Source of the DNA: Acidobacteriota bacterium
GTDB lineage: Bacteria > Acidobacteriota > Thermoanaerobaculia > Gp7-AA8 > JAHWKK01
Length of the DNA: 64,000 nucleotides
Assembly (NCBI GenBank): GCA_019347945.1
Contig: JAHWKK010000003.1
Span: 31,059 to 95,058, forward strand
Direction of reading: 5' to 3'
Part shown: positions 20,901 through 29,113 of the stretch, one piece after another
How positions within the stretch are numbered: the first letter of the stretch is position 1
Layout: each line of letters begins with the position of its first letter
The notes under the pieces: generated by a model
The model's database searches: none
Told to the model about the DNA's origin: nothing
The model's input: only the letters and a program-made list of their open reading frames with translations
Translations under genes and position numbers: made by a program

Positions 20901-21582
20901 GGCGGACGGCGTCGTCCTGTCGATCTCCGATACAGGGACCGGCATCGAACAGAGCAGACGGTTGCATGTGTTCGATCCTTTCTTCACCACAAAAGAGGTC
21001 GGCAAGGGAACGGGGCTGGGGCTGGCGGTGGTGCACCGGATCATCGAGGAGCACGGGGGGAAAATCGTGCTCGATTCCCCTCGGCACGGTGGGACTGTGT
21101 TTCACATTATCCTGCCGGCATACCAGGCCTCACCCGAGCAAGCCCCGCCAGAACAGCCGGCTCGGCAGGAGGGTGGAAAGCTGAGCGGCCTGCGAATCGT
21201 GATCATCGATGACGAAGTCGAGCTGGCCGAAGGGGTGAAGATGATGCTCGAGATGGACGGAGCAGAGGTCGTGCTGCGTGGCAGTGGTGTCGACGCTCTC
21301 GCGGAGATCGATGCAGGACTTCAGCCGGACCTCATCATTCTGGATCTCGGCATGCCGGGGATGACCGGAGATGAGGTCCATGCCGAGGTGCGCAAGCGAT
21401 TCCCGCTGCTGCCGCTCCTCATCTCGTCCGGCTACGGCGACCGCGCAAGACTCGATCCGCTTCTGGCAGATGGCCATACTCGGTTCAAGCAGAAGCCGTA
21501 TACTCTCGACGAGCTGATCGACGAGATCGTGCGGTGGGTTCAGCCGTCAAAAGCAAACGCAGCATCGCGCCGTGGAGAGTAA
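17992..21582 (+). CDS. Hybrid sensor histidine kinase/response regulator with periplasmic two-component-regulator propeller repeats and a Y_Y_Y domain
   Basis: About 12 Reg_prop repeats (WIGTxxGGLxRF pattern). Y_Y_Y-like segment RFLYRLEGFDPEWVDAGPRRIAYYTNLSPGSYRF, then a TM helix. HisKA (VAHDFNNTMM), HATPase_c (DTGTGI, GTGLGLAVV), C-terminal REC (IIDDE...LDLGMPGMTG). Confidence 0.85.
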   Translation: MMGTRRSSNRFPGRTVSRSAHLVLPILFLLLAGLSLFGLSPSKALTQYSHQSWTVRQGLPQNSVRALLQTRDGYIWLATGAGLVRFDGVRFTVFDKTNTPAIRDDDVRALAEDQEGNVWIGTYSGGLTRMNSAGFTFYGEKESGLPSEMIRGLYVDRSGSLWISTFGGGLSRFRDGKFTTLTTADGLADDKVKTVIEDRAGALWVGTYSGGVSRIAGGEITNFTTDDGLPAMFVLDILEDSSGAIWFATYGGGMARLQGGRFTVLSVDEGLGDSRVVALEEDRDGNLWIGLYGGGVQRLTDGEFTGFTPADGLTGDLVFDLMEDREGSLWIGSFNGGLDQLRDEPFTTFTSREGLTGDIVFSVSAARKGGVWVGIEGGGVNRVREGEVEAIYTSRQGLSSDNVVAVLEDRRGDVWIGTFDARLHRLRGGQLSSDTAVDEIGDDHVWCIYEDADGVIWLGTRTGGVIRYDGRDFSRLTSADGLVGNGVRAVHKDRSGVIWIGTDSGVSRLVGERIENITRADGLPTDAIVAFHEDAEGVIWIGTRGGGLSRWEDGEMFNFSRSNGLPDDSIFRILEDDQGNLWMSSLRGVFRVSRTELNEFAAGDRDDYDSNLYDTADGMEDSQTAGGSQPAGAKAADGSLWFPTVKGVVRVDPDSMPENDVPPPVYIEQLIVDRKAYPLGETTLPAGSRNIEIHYTAPSFQAPEKMRFLYRLEGFDPEWVDAGPRRIAYYTNLSPGSYRFSVQAFNSDNVASEGIASTSFEIGRLFYQTLWFYLSIAAVLATFTFLIVRGRLSVIRAEADARAANLERSLIESQKMEALGQMASGVAHDFNNTMMTALPWADILARQYPDIPLVQKAARNIHDSVIRARGVTRQLLDFAQPKKPEMRPVDLASLLENHLQLIRPSLSPEIKIDLDSRGTDLIVLADPDQIQQAILNLSLNARDAMPRGGTLQFKVRPITRREIEEWNLDLADGVVLSISDTGTGIEQSRRLHVFDPFFTTKEVGKGTGLGLAVVHRIIEEHGGKIVLDSPRHGGTVFHIILPAYQASPEQAPPEQPARQEGGKLSGLRIVIIDDEVELAEGVKMMLEMDGAEVVLRGSGVDALAEIDAGLQPDLIILDLGMPGMTGDEVHAEVRKRFPLLPLLISSGYGDRARLDPLLADGHTRFKQKPYTLDELIDEIVRWVQPSKANAASRRGE

Positions 21583-21621
21583 TGCTTTCTCCGGCAGTCG
21601 GCGCGCAGTTCGGGCTGACGC

Positions 21622-22476
21622 ATGCGTGTGATGATTGCAGGGGCCGGCGGTCTGATCGGAGCTGCTCTTTCCCGTCATTTCTCCGCCCGCGGCGAAACGG
21701 TCCCGCTGCTTCATCGTGACCTCAATATCGATGATCCGCAGCAGGTCCGGAAGATGGTAGCTTCGATCGCGCCCGATCTCATCGTCAACTGCGCTGCCGT
21801 CGGAGTCGACGAGTGCGAGCGCGATCCGGAGCGCGCCACGGCTCTGAATGTTCGAGGTCCGACCCTGCTGGCTCGAGCCGCCTCCGGGGCGGGCGCGGCA
21901 TTCGTCCACTTCAGCACAAACTACGTCTTCAGCGGCGATCGGACCGACCGCGGCTTCTATCTTCCATACGACACGCCCGAGCCGATCAATACGTACGGCC
22001 GCACCAAACTGGCAGGCGAGCGGCTCGTTTCCGCGGAATGTTCCCAATCCTGGATCATTCGCACGTCCTGGGTCTTCGGTCACGGGAAGGAGAGCTTTCT
22101 CGCAACGCTCCCGCAAAAGCTGATGGCTGGAGTGCCGGTCGTCGCGACCACAGACATCTTCGCCAGTGTCACGTACGTGGACGATCTGGTCACGCAGCTC
22201 CACCACCTCATCAGACTGGGAGATTACGGCATTCATCACATCACCAATGAGGGCGTCTGTTCCCACGCCGAGTTCGCGAAGACGGCAGCACAGATTCTCG
22301 GTCTGACCCCGTCTGAACATGATGATCTGATCGAGCCCAGATCTGCCGATGCTCTGATCCGTTCGGCACCACGGCCGCGATGGACGCCGATGCACTCCGC
22401 GAGTAGCGCGCACATCAAGCTTCCACCCATGCGACCGTGGCAGCAGGCTCTCGCCGCCTACATCGCTACCTTCTGA
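21622..22476 (+). CDS. dTDP-4-dehydrorhamnose reductase-like SDR (RmlD/RfbD family)
   Basis: N-terminal MRVMIAGAGGLIGAAL glycine-rich NAD(P) loop. YGRTK catalytic Tyr/Lys motif. ~284 aa. Confidence 0.7.
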   Translation: MRVMIAGAGGLIGAALSRHFSARGETVPLLHRDLNIDDPQQVRKMVASIAPDLIVNCAAVGVDECERDPERATALNVRGPTLLARAASGAGAAFVHFSTNYVFSGDRTDRGFYLPYDTPEPINTYGRTKLAGERLVSAECSQSWIIRTSWVFGHGKESFLATLPQKLMAGVPVVATTDIFASVTYVDDLVTQLHHLIRLGDYGIHHITNEGVCSHAEFAKTAAQILGLTPSEHDDLIEPRSADALIRSAPRPRWTPMHSASSAHIKLPPMRPWQQALAAYIATF

Positions 22477-22597
22477 CTGGGTCGGGCAAGGGGCTTCGCC
22501 GTCGACGGTCGTCAAAAGTGCTGGCAGCTCGGCTCGTGGATTTGGGCACAGCTCCCGAAGATCTGATCCAAATCAGCGATCCCGAATCACCCGTCTA

Positions 22598-22741
22598 TCA
22601 GATCCTCTGCATCTCTTTTCCACAGCAGCAGCGCGGGGCGAGATCGCCTCCCTGACCCTCTTTTGCTCCTTTTGTCACTTCGATCTCGCAGCCACAGTTC
22701 GGATCCGGACAACGGTACTTCTCGCCTCTCTTCAATGCCAT
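22598..22741 (-). CDS. Small Cys-rich metal-binding protein (47 aa, metallothionein-like), not in ORF track
   Basis: ATG at 22741 with RBS GGAGATCACG. MALKRGEKYRCPDPNCGCEIEVTKGAKEGQGGDLAPRCCCGKEMQRI, stop TGA at 22598..22600. Paralog of the next gene; conserved YRCPxxxCGCxIEV...PRCCCG pattern. Confidence 0.5.
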   Translation of the reverse strand: MALKRGEKYRCPDPNCGCEIEVTKGAKEGQGGDLAPRCCCGKEMQRI

Positions 22742-22773
22742 CGTGATCTCCTTTCGCCCGGGGCGTGACCTCG

Positions 22774-22932
22774 TCAGCCCGCGGATTCAGTCGTTACCAT
22801 GTCGCGCCCACAGCAGCAGCGCGGTACGTGTGTACCCGAACAGTCGGACGGAGCACCCTCGATCACCTCGATGATGCAACCGCAGCCGGCTTCCGGGCAG
22901 CGATATCTCTGACCCTTCTCGTATCTGGCCAA
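22774..22932 (-). CDS. Small Cys-rich metal-binding protein paralog (~52 aa, metallothionein-like), not in ORF track
   Basis: TTG at 22932, 5 nt after a strong AAGGAGGAA RBS; alternative ATG at 22950. (M)ARYEKGQRYRCPEAGCGCIIEVIEGAPSDCSGTHVPRCCCGRDMVTTESAG, stop at 22774..22776. Confidence 0.5.
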   Translation of the reverse strand: MARYEKGQRYRCPEAGCGCIIEVIEGAPSDCSGTHVPRCCCGRDMVTTESAG

Positions 22933-22969
22933 GTCGGTTCCTCCTTTCATGAAGCGAGAACAGAACCTC

Positions 22970-22979
22970 TACCCGGGTA
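22970..22979 (-). promoter_or_regulatory. Candidate MerR-type operator: perfect 10 bp palindrome TACCCGGGTA
   Basis: Lies in the 57 bp gap between the MerR-family stop and the first small Cys gene. Reading the minus strand, a TTGGAA hexamer is followed by a 19 nt spacer containing the palindrome, which is the MerR-family promoter architecture. Confidence 0.35.
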
Positions 22980-22991
22980 CATATTTCCAAT

Positions 22992-23390
22992 CTACCGGTC
23001 GGAGGGCTCGAGGGTATCGAGAATCGGACACTCGAGGTGGTCGTCCGCACAGAGGCATTGCTCGAGCAGATCTCGCAGTGTCGTCCGCAGCGTGTCGAGT
23101 CGTTTGATCCGCTGCTCGATGTCCTCGAGGCGGACGCTCGCCATCCCGCGGATCTTCTGGCGATCGCGTCCGGCTCGGGTGCGGAGAGAAAGAAGATCTT
23201 CGATCTCGGTCAGTGTAAAGCCGAGCTCCTGCGCGGATTTGATGAAGCGTGTGATCCGCACCGCATCCCGATCGTAGACCCGGTGACCCGACACCGTGCG
23301 GGGTGGAGCGGGCAGAAGCCCGCGCCGCTCGTAATAGCGGATCGTCTGCACGTTGACGTTTGCAGCCCGGGCGACTTCAGAGATCTTCAT
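22992..23390 (-). CDS. MerR family transcriptional regulator, heavy-metal-responsive type (CueR/ZntR/CadR-like)
   Basis: HTH MKISEVARAANVNVQTIRYYERRGLL at the N-terminus (ATG at 23390). Dimerisation coiled coil, and C-terminal metal-binding cysteines CLCADDHLECP. The track ORF extends to 23492. Confidence 0.75.
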   Translation of the reverse strand: MKISEVARAANVNVQTIRYYERRGLLPAPPRTVSGHRVYDRDAVRITRFIKSAQELGFTLTEIEDLLSLRTRAGRDRQKIRGMASVRLEDIEQRIKRLDTLRTTLRDLLEQCLCADDHLECPILDTLEPSDR

Positions 23391-23701
23391 GGCTTCTGTA
23401 ATGCGAGGACGATCCCATGTATTCGGAGAGCTGCCCGGGCTGGTGGATGTGACTCTGGCGCCCTCCAGAATGCCGAGATGTGACGCTCTCACTTACCGGG
23501 ACATATTCTTGCACCAGAGATTGAATGGATCTCCGCGCGCAGAGGCGGGAGGAATCGCGCAAAACGACTCTGTCACGGTCACCAGCACGAGCAGGAGCCG
23601 GCTCATCGCCGCCGGGAGCTCGAATGATTCGGGCGGGGCATTCTGCTCTTGCCCGGAAACGTGGCGCGTCTCGTCGCAGTGATTGAAGGGAACAAGCACA
23701 A

Positions 23702-25093
23702 ATGGCGGGAGAAAAGCTGAAGCCGGAGGAAGCGGCCCCGCAGGCCGACCAGGTTCATGTCGAATTCCCTCCCAATCTGGCGCGCGAGCATCTGATTGCG
23801 CTCGCAGCCGAGCTCCGGGAGCGGCGGGATCTGATCCTCGATGCGTGGCGCGCATACGGCGACGCCATACCGGGCCGGAACATCGCGGAATCGCTCTCGC
23901 GGGTGCAGTTCAACGACCACATTCCGACCGTGCTCGAGACCCTGTCACAGAACCTCGAAGCGTGGCCCGACGGCATCGCCCCGCCCACAGAAGAGATGTC
24001 CGAGGAAGTTTCGGAACACGGGCTCCAGCGCTGGCAGCAGGGCTACTCGCTGAACGAGGTCCTGCGAGAATGGGGATATCTGCAGATGTGCGTCGCCGCG
24101 GAGCTCGAACGATATGCGGTCGATCACCCATCACTCGAGCCCAGCGTGATGCCGATTGCACGGCGCGCATGGGCGTTGCTGTGCGCCGACGGCGTCACCT
24201 CGAGCGCAACCCAGTACGGCCGTCTTCAGCAGACGGAGTCGACCGGCCACGTGAAGGCGCTCGAGCTTGCTCTGAGTGCGCTGCAGACGATGGAAAACGC
24301 GCGCGCTGAGGCGTGGCGGACAGCGGCGCACGACCTTCGCGGCAGCGTTACGGTCGTCAAAGGCGCGGCGTCGCTCAACGCGAGCGCCGCCCTTTCGGAT
24401 GACACGCGCGCCGAGGTGGCGGAGATGCTCAGCAAGGGGGTTTCGTCGCTCCACGAGATGCTCACCGACCTTCTCAGTCTGGCGCGGCTCGAGGCAGGAC
24501 ATGAGCAACGCTCCGTCACATCGTTCGACGCTGCCGTGCTGATTCGGGATTTTGGAGCCGCGTCGCAGGCGGCCGCGACGGACCGCGGGCTCTATCTCAA
24601 AATGGATGGCCCGAGCACGCTCCCCGTCGAGGGCGACGGTCCAAAGATTCTTCGAATCCTGCAGAACCTCCTTCTCAACGCGGTCAGGTACACCGAGCAT
24701 GGTGGAATTTCGTTGAGCTGGGGCATCGACACGACGAGGGACACCGATCGATGGACGTTCTCCGTCCAGGACACCGGACCGGGAATCGATGAGGCAGGAG
24801 TCGCCACGATAGGGAAGGATCTCCAGGACGCGACTGAGGTTTCCGACGATTCTCGAGACGCGAGCGACGACCGTCGCCGCGACATGGCCGGCGCACCGAC
24901 GGTGGATTCCGAGTCTGACGCCTCACCGCCGGAAAACTCACAACAACACGGCGAAGGTGTCGGGCTGTCGATCGTGAAGCGGCTGTGCGAGCTTCTGGAT
25001 GCGAGCCTGGAACTGGCGACCAGGCCGGGACAGGGAACGACCTTCCGCGTCATCCTTCCGCGCAGATACACGGAGGAAAATGACGAGAGCTGA
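23702..25093 (+). CDS. Cytoplasmic sensor histidine kinase with an RsbRD_N-like N-terminal sensing domain
   Basis: HisKA H-box AAHDLRGSVT. HATPase_c motifs (LLNAVRYT, QDTGPGI, GEGVGLSIV). An acidic ~45 aa insert lies between the G1 and G2 boxes. No TM segment. Confidence 0.8.
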   Translation: MAGEKLKPEEAAPQADQVHVEFPPNLAREHLIALAAELRERRDLILDAWRAYGDAIPGRNIAESLSRVQFNDHIPTVLETLSQNLEAWPDGIAPPTEEMSEEVSEHGLQRWQQGYSLNEVLREWGYLQMCVAAELERYAVDHPSLEPSVMPIARRAWALLCADGVTSSATQYGRLQQTESTGHVKALELALSALQTMENARAEAWRTAAHDLRGSVTVVKGAASLNASAALSDDTRAEVAEMLSKGVSSLHEMLTDLLSLARLEAGHEQRSVTSFDAAVLIRDFGAASQAAATDRGLYLKMDGPSTLPVEGDGPKILRILQNLLLNAVRYTEHGGISLSWGIDTTRDTDRWTFSVQDTGPGIDEAGVATIGKDLQDATEVSDDSRDASDDRRRDMAGAPTVDSESDASPPENSQQHGEGVGLSIVKRLCELLDASLELATRPGQGTTFRVILPRRYTEENDES

Positions 25094-25359
25094 GTGGGAT
25101 GAATGCTGAATGCGACAGACACCAGTCATTGCATCGCCTCATTGCTCTCTGTTCGGAGGGCCCTGCGCTGTTGATCGTCAACGGCGCCATCGATATCGAG
25201 ATTCGCGCAGAGGGCTGTCGGAACAGAGCTGCAGCTTCACCTGAAACTCGAGCTGAACGGAGCTCCTCAGGAGATCACCCTCCCGGCGCGAGTCACAGAA
25301 GCCACCGTCCGCCCGATCTATTACTGAGCTCGCTCCGAAACGGGCGACCAGGGTGCTAA

Positions 25360-25431
25360 GACGCGACCTGGGAAGGGCGAGCCCTGGCGACGAACGACGT
25401 GACACTGACGGACTCGATCACGACCGGGTGA
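25360..25431 (+). pseudogene. Remnant of the C-terminus of a DUF3494 ice-binding-like paralog
   Basis: Translates DATWEGRALATNDVTLTDSITTG*. Compare TTWEGRALANDDVTLTDSIITG in the intact gene at 29114..29935. A TAA stop lies immediately upstream, so only a fragment remains. Confidence 0.3.
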
Positions 25432-25611
25432 TCCGATCACCTCGAGCACGCAGGGGCATTTCCCTCGCGTTTTACGGGAGTGGGATCATTCCGCCCCGCC
25501 AACTCGACTCCTCCTCCTTCGACAGAACAGAGGCTGTCGTGGCGCATTTATTGCGCAGAAACTCCCGATAGTCGTAAATTGAAGCAGGTCAGACTATATT
25601 GAGGAGCTGCT

Positions 25612-25884
25612 ATGCAAAAGTACGTGATTGAACGGAAGATCCCGAATGCGGGCAGCCTCACGACAGAAGAGCTGGAAGAAGTTTCCCGTCGTTCCCTCGC
25701 CGCTCTTGAAAAGCTGGGGCCTCGGATCCAGTGGCTACATAGCTTCGTCACTGACGACAAGGTCTACTGCGTCTATCTGGCACCCGACGAAGAAACGATT
25801 CGGTCGCACGCTGAGCAGGCTGGACTCCCCGCCGACCGAATCTCAGCGGTGCGGCGGTTGCTCGATCCGGTGAATGCGGTCTGA
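25612..25884 (+). CDS. DUF4242 domain-containing small protein (90 aa)
   Basis: GAGGAG RBS before the ATG. Pattern MQKYVIERKIPNAGSLTTEELEEVSRRS...IQWLHSFVTDDKVYCVYLAPDEETIRSHAEQAGLPADRI matches the DUF4242 family as I remember it, so the name is not certain. Confidence 0.6.
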   Translation: MQKYVIERKIPNAGSLTTEELEEVSRRSLAALEKLGPRIQWLHSFVTDDKVYCVYLAPDEETIRSHAEQAGLPADRISAVRRLLDPVNAV

Positions 25885-25897
25885 AGCTCCGCCGGAG

Positions 25898-28800
25898 CTA
25901 TGCATCACCCTCCCGCAGTGCGTAATCGATGGCCTCACTCACTCCCATACATTGTCCGCACTGGTAAAGACGTCTGCTGTCGGCCTGATCGAGTGACTTC
26001 CGCGCTCTTTCGATCCCCGCAGAAAGCTCTGCCTGCTCGCCCTCCGGGAGAGGCGATCCGATGATGTCACGCAGCCGGGATGCGGCGCCGGCGAGCGTGA
26101 GAGCCCGCTCGTAACGGCCCTGGTCGGCGTCGAGCAGGGCCATCGCCTCGAGCACCCGCGCGATTCCTCTCCTGTGAGTGAGTCGCGAGAATTCCGCCAG
26201 TGCCTCACGATAGGCGGTGTCCGCCTTGTCGGGTTCTCCTCTCCGCCGGAACAGCCCGCCGAGGTCGACGAGGGTGCTGGCGGTCCCCCATTGATCATTC
26301 AACTCGCGAAACGACGACAAGGCTGCGGTGTACAGACTGAAGGCATCGTCCAGCCGATCGGTCTCGCGGGCGACGTCTCCCTGATGATTCATGACCCACG
26401 CCGTACTGGTGTCGTCTCCCAGACGCCGGAACAGCGCTTCCGTCTGCTGGTACATCTCTCGAGCAGCGTCGTGGTCGTTCTGAAGCCTTCGAACCATCGC
26501 GAGATTCGTGAGAGATCTCGCGAGGCTGGCATCGTCGCCGATCGTTTTCCAGATCTCGAGGCTCTCCTCGAGATACTCCGAGGCTCGTTCGAGTTGACCG
26601 AGATCCTTGTAAGTCAGACCGAGGCAGTTGCAGCCGATGGCGATTCCGCCGGGGTCCCCCAGTCGCCGATAAAGTGCGAGGCTCTCTTCCGCGCGTTCCG
26701 CCGCGATTTTGTAGTCGCCCTGGGTGCCGGAGAGAACCGAGACGGCGAACAGGGCTCGCGCTCTCAGGATGTCGTCGCCGCCGGAGCTGGGAAGAGCCAG
26801 GAGAGCATTCAGACGTTTCCTTCCCTCCGAGAGATGTTCGCTCCTCTCCCAGAATGGGAAGATGCCGACCGCCAGCCGGAGGCCCCACTCGGTCATGCCG
26901 GCCGCGGTGACCCATTCGAGAGCAGCACGAAGATTGTCGTTCTCGCGTGCAAACCTGGAAAGCCAGCGAACACTGTCTCCCTGGGAAAGCGCCTGTCCCC
27001 CTTCTTCAGTCAGGACCAGAAGATACGCGGCGTGAGCCTTTCGCGTCACATACTCGTCACCACTCGCCTCCAGCCGCTCTGCTGCGTAGTCCCGCACAAT
27101 GCCCAGCATCGTGAATCTCGGTTCTTCCTGGTCGTCACCAACCTGGACCACGAGGCTCTTGTCGACGAGCGAACCGATCCCGTCGACCACGTCGACACCA
27201 AGCCGCTCGAAGGGATCTGCGACGGCCTGAGCGTGTTCCAGCGTGAAAGATCCCGCAAACACCGCGAGTCTCCGAAAGATCGTCTGCTCATCGGCACTGA
27301 GCAACTCGTGACTCCAGTCGAGCGTCCCTCGCAGAGTCTGCTGTCGTCCTGGAAGATCGCGAGCACCTCCCGTCAGCAGCTTGAGTCGCTTATCGAGCCG
27401 CTTGAGCATCGCATGAGGCGTCATCAGCCGAGTCCGTGCCGCAGCGAGCTCGATCGCCAGAGGCAGGCCATCGAGCTGCCGGCACACCTCGATGACCGCT
27501 GCCAGATTCTCGTCGTTGAGATCGAATGAAGAAGCGGTCGCACGAGCCCGCTGAACGAAGAGCATTACGGCGGGATTCGCCAGAGCTTCGTTCACGCTCA
27601 GTGCAGCTCCAGGCTCCGGGACCGGAAGAACAGACACGGAAAGAGCTCTTTCCGCATAGAGGTGCAGGATCTCACGACTCGTCACCAGGATCGACACGGT
27701 CGGGCACGCGGCAAGGATCTCGGTAAGGATCGAAGCCGCTTCGATGACCTGCTCGAAATTATCGATCACCAGCAGCGTTCTGGCCGAGCTCGCCTGCAGT
27801 TCAGTGATCACTCCCGAAATCGGTTCCCGTCCCCGATCAAAGCCTCCGAGCGCCTGCGCGATCGCTGCTCCCACGAAATCTCTGTTCGATATGGCGGCAA
27901 GCGGTACGTAGAAGACGCGGCCGCCATACCACGGAAGAAGCTGTTCCATTGCTGCGATCGCGAGGCGCGTCTTCCCACTTCCTCCGGGCCCGGTAAGGCT
28001 TACCAGGCGGACTCCCTGCTCGACGATCAGCTCATGGATTGCCCGGAGCTCCCTCTCGCGACCCAGCAGGGGAAAGTCAGCCTCGGGAAGCTTCGGGGTC
28101 GGACGCGAGACGTGCAGCGCGGCAGAATCCGCACCGGCGAGAGCCGCGAGCGTTTTGCGAACGTCATCGGTCGAGCGATGGCGATCCCGAGGATCCTTCT
28201 GAAGCATCGTCTCGATCAGAGTCGAGATCATCGGTGGCAGGTCAGGACGGGTCTTCACGACCGGGGGTGGTCTCTCACTCAAGGTCGTTGCGATTATCTC
28301 GACGCCGCTGGCGCCTTTGAAGGGGCGGGATCCGGTCGCCATTTCGTACAGGATGCAGCCAAACGAAAACATATCGGATCGGAAGTCGGCCGCTCCTCCC
28401 GCGATGACCTCTGGTGCCATGTAGCCGAGCGTTCCGACCGCGGAACCCTCGAGCGTCAGAGGCTCCTTCGGCGACGCATCATGGCGAATGGAAGCCACTC
28501 CGAAATCGAGAATCTTGGTGACGCCGTGCCGGGTGACGAAAATGTTGTCGGGCTTGAGATCGCGGTGGAGGATCTCTCGCTCATGAGTCGCCGACAACGC
28601 GTCCGCGATCTGGAAGGCAATCCGGAGAAACTGCCCCGCCGCAACCGGCTGCCGCACGAGCTCCCGAAGACTCTGGCCTTCGAGCAGCTCCATGACGATG
28701 AACGGCTGACCAGCCTCCTCTCCGATATCATGAATGGTCACGATATTGGGATGGTTGAGGGCGGATGCTGCTCGAGCTTCTTGTTCGAATCGCGCCCGTG

Positions 28801-29035
28801 TGGCTGCCGTGAGAGAGCGCGATCCCCGGATGACCTTGATGGCAACCTGGCGGCCGAGTCGGCTGTCGTCTGCGACGTACACCTCGCCCATCGCTCCCGC
28901 TCCGAGAGGCCGGAGAACCCGATATCGGCCCAGGACCGATCCGGGACCGAGGGGACAATCGGGGATTACCGCCGGTTCCGCGACCGGCCGTTTCGAGGTC
29001 GGAAACTCGTCCGTCGATATACCTTCATTCGACAT
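25898..29035 (-). CDS. Serine/threonine protein kinase fused to an AAA/STAND ATPase and TPR repeats (PknK-like regulator)
   Basis: Hanks kinase (GAGAMGEVY, VAIK, HRDLKPDNIF, DFG). Walker A GPGGSGKTRLA with an NB-ARC-like ATPase. Long C-terminal TPR array. 1045 aa. Confidence 0.85.
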   Translation of the reverse strand: MSNEGISTDEFPTSKRPVAEPAVIPDCPLGPGSVLGRYRVLRPLGAGAMGEVYVADDSRLGRQVAIKVIRGSRSLTAATRARFEQEARAASALNHPNIVTIHDIGEEAGQPFIVMELLEGQSLRELVRQPVAAGQFLRIAFQIADALSATHEREILHRDLKPDNIFVTRHGVTKILDFGVASIRHDASPKEPLTLEGSAVGTLGYMAPEVIAGGAADFRSDMFSFGCILYEMATGSRPFKGASGVEIIATTLSERPPPVVKTRPDLPPMISTLIETMLQKDPRDRHRSTDDVRKTLAALAGADSAALHVSRPTPKLPEADFPLLGRERELRAIHELIVEQGVRLVSLTGPGGSGKTRLAIAAMEQLLPWYGGRVFYVPLAAISNRDFVGAAIAQALGGFDRGREPISGVITELQASSARTLLVIDNFEQVIEAASILTEILAACPTVSILVTSREILHLYAERALSVSVLPVPEPGAALSVNEALANPAVMLFVQRARATASSFDLNDENLAAVIEVCRQLDGLPLAIELAAARTRLMTPHAMLKRLDKRLKLLTGGARDLPGRQQTLRGTLDWSHELLSADEQTIFRRLAVFAGSFTLEHAQAVADPFERLGVDVVDGIGSLVDKSLVVQVGDDQEEPRFTMLGIVRDYAAERLEASGDEYVTRKAHAAYLLVLTEEGGQALSQGDSVRWLSRFARENDNLRAALEWVTAAGMTEWGLRLAVGIFPFWERSEHLSEGRKRLNALLALPSSGGDDILRARALFAVSVLSGTQGDYKIAAERAEESLALYRRLGDPGGIAIGCNCLGLTYKDLGQLERASEYLEESLEIWKTIGDDASLARSLTNLAMVRRLQNDHDAAREMYQQTEALFRRLGDDTSTAWVMNHQGDVARETDRLDDAFSLYTAALSSFRELNDQWGTASTLVDLGGLFRRRGEPDKADTAYREALAEFSRLTHRRGIARVLEAMALLDADQGRYERALTLAGAASRLRDIIGSPLPEGEQAELSAGIERARKSLDQADSRRLYQCGQCMGVSEAIDYALREGDA

Positions 29036-29113
29036 GGTCGCCGTAGAAATACCCGCCGGGTCGGTGGTCGGCGGGTTCTGGTTTCCCGACCGGGATGCCG
29101 ACTTCGGCGCGCC

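Noticed and set aside
21547-22515. 322 aa minus-strand ORF
   Set aside because: Antisense to the RmlD-like gene. Arg-rich, no motifs.
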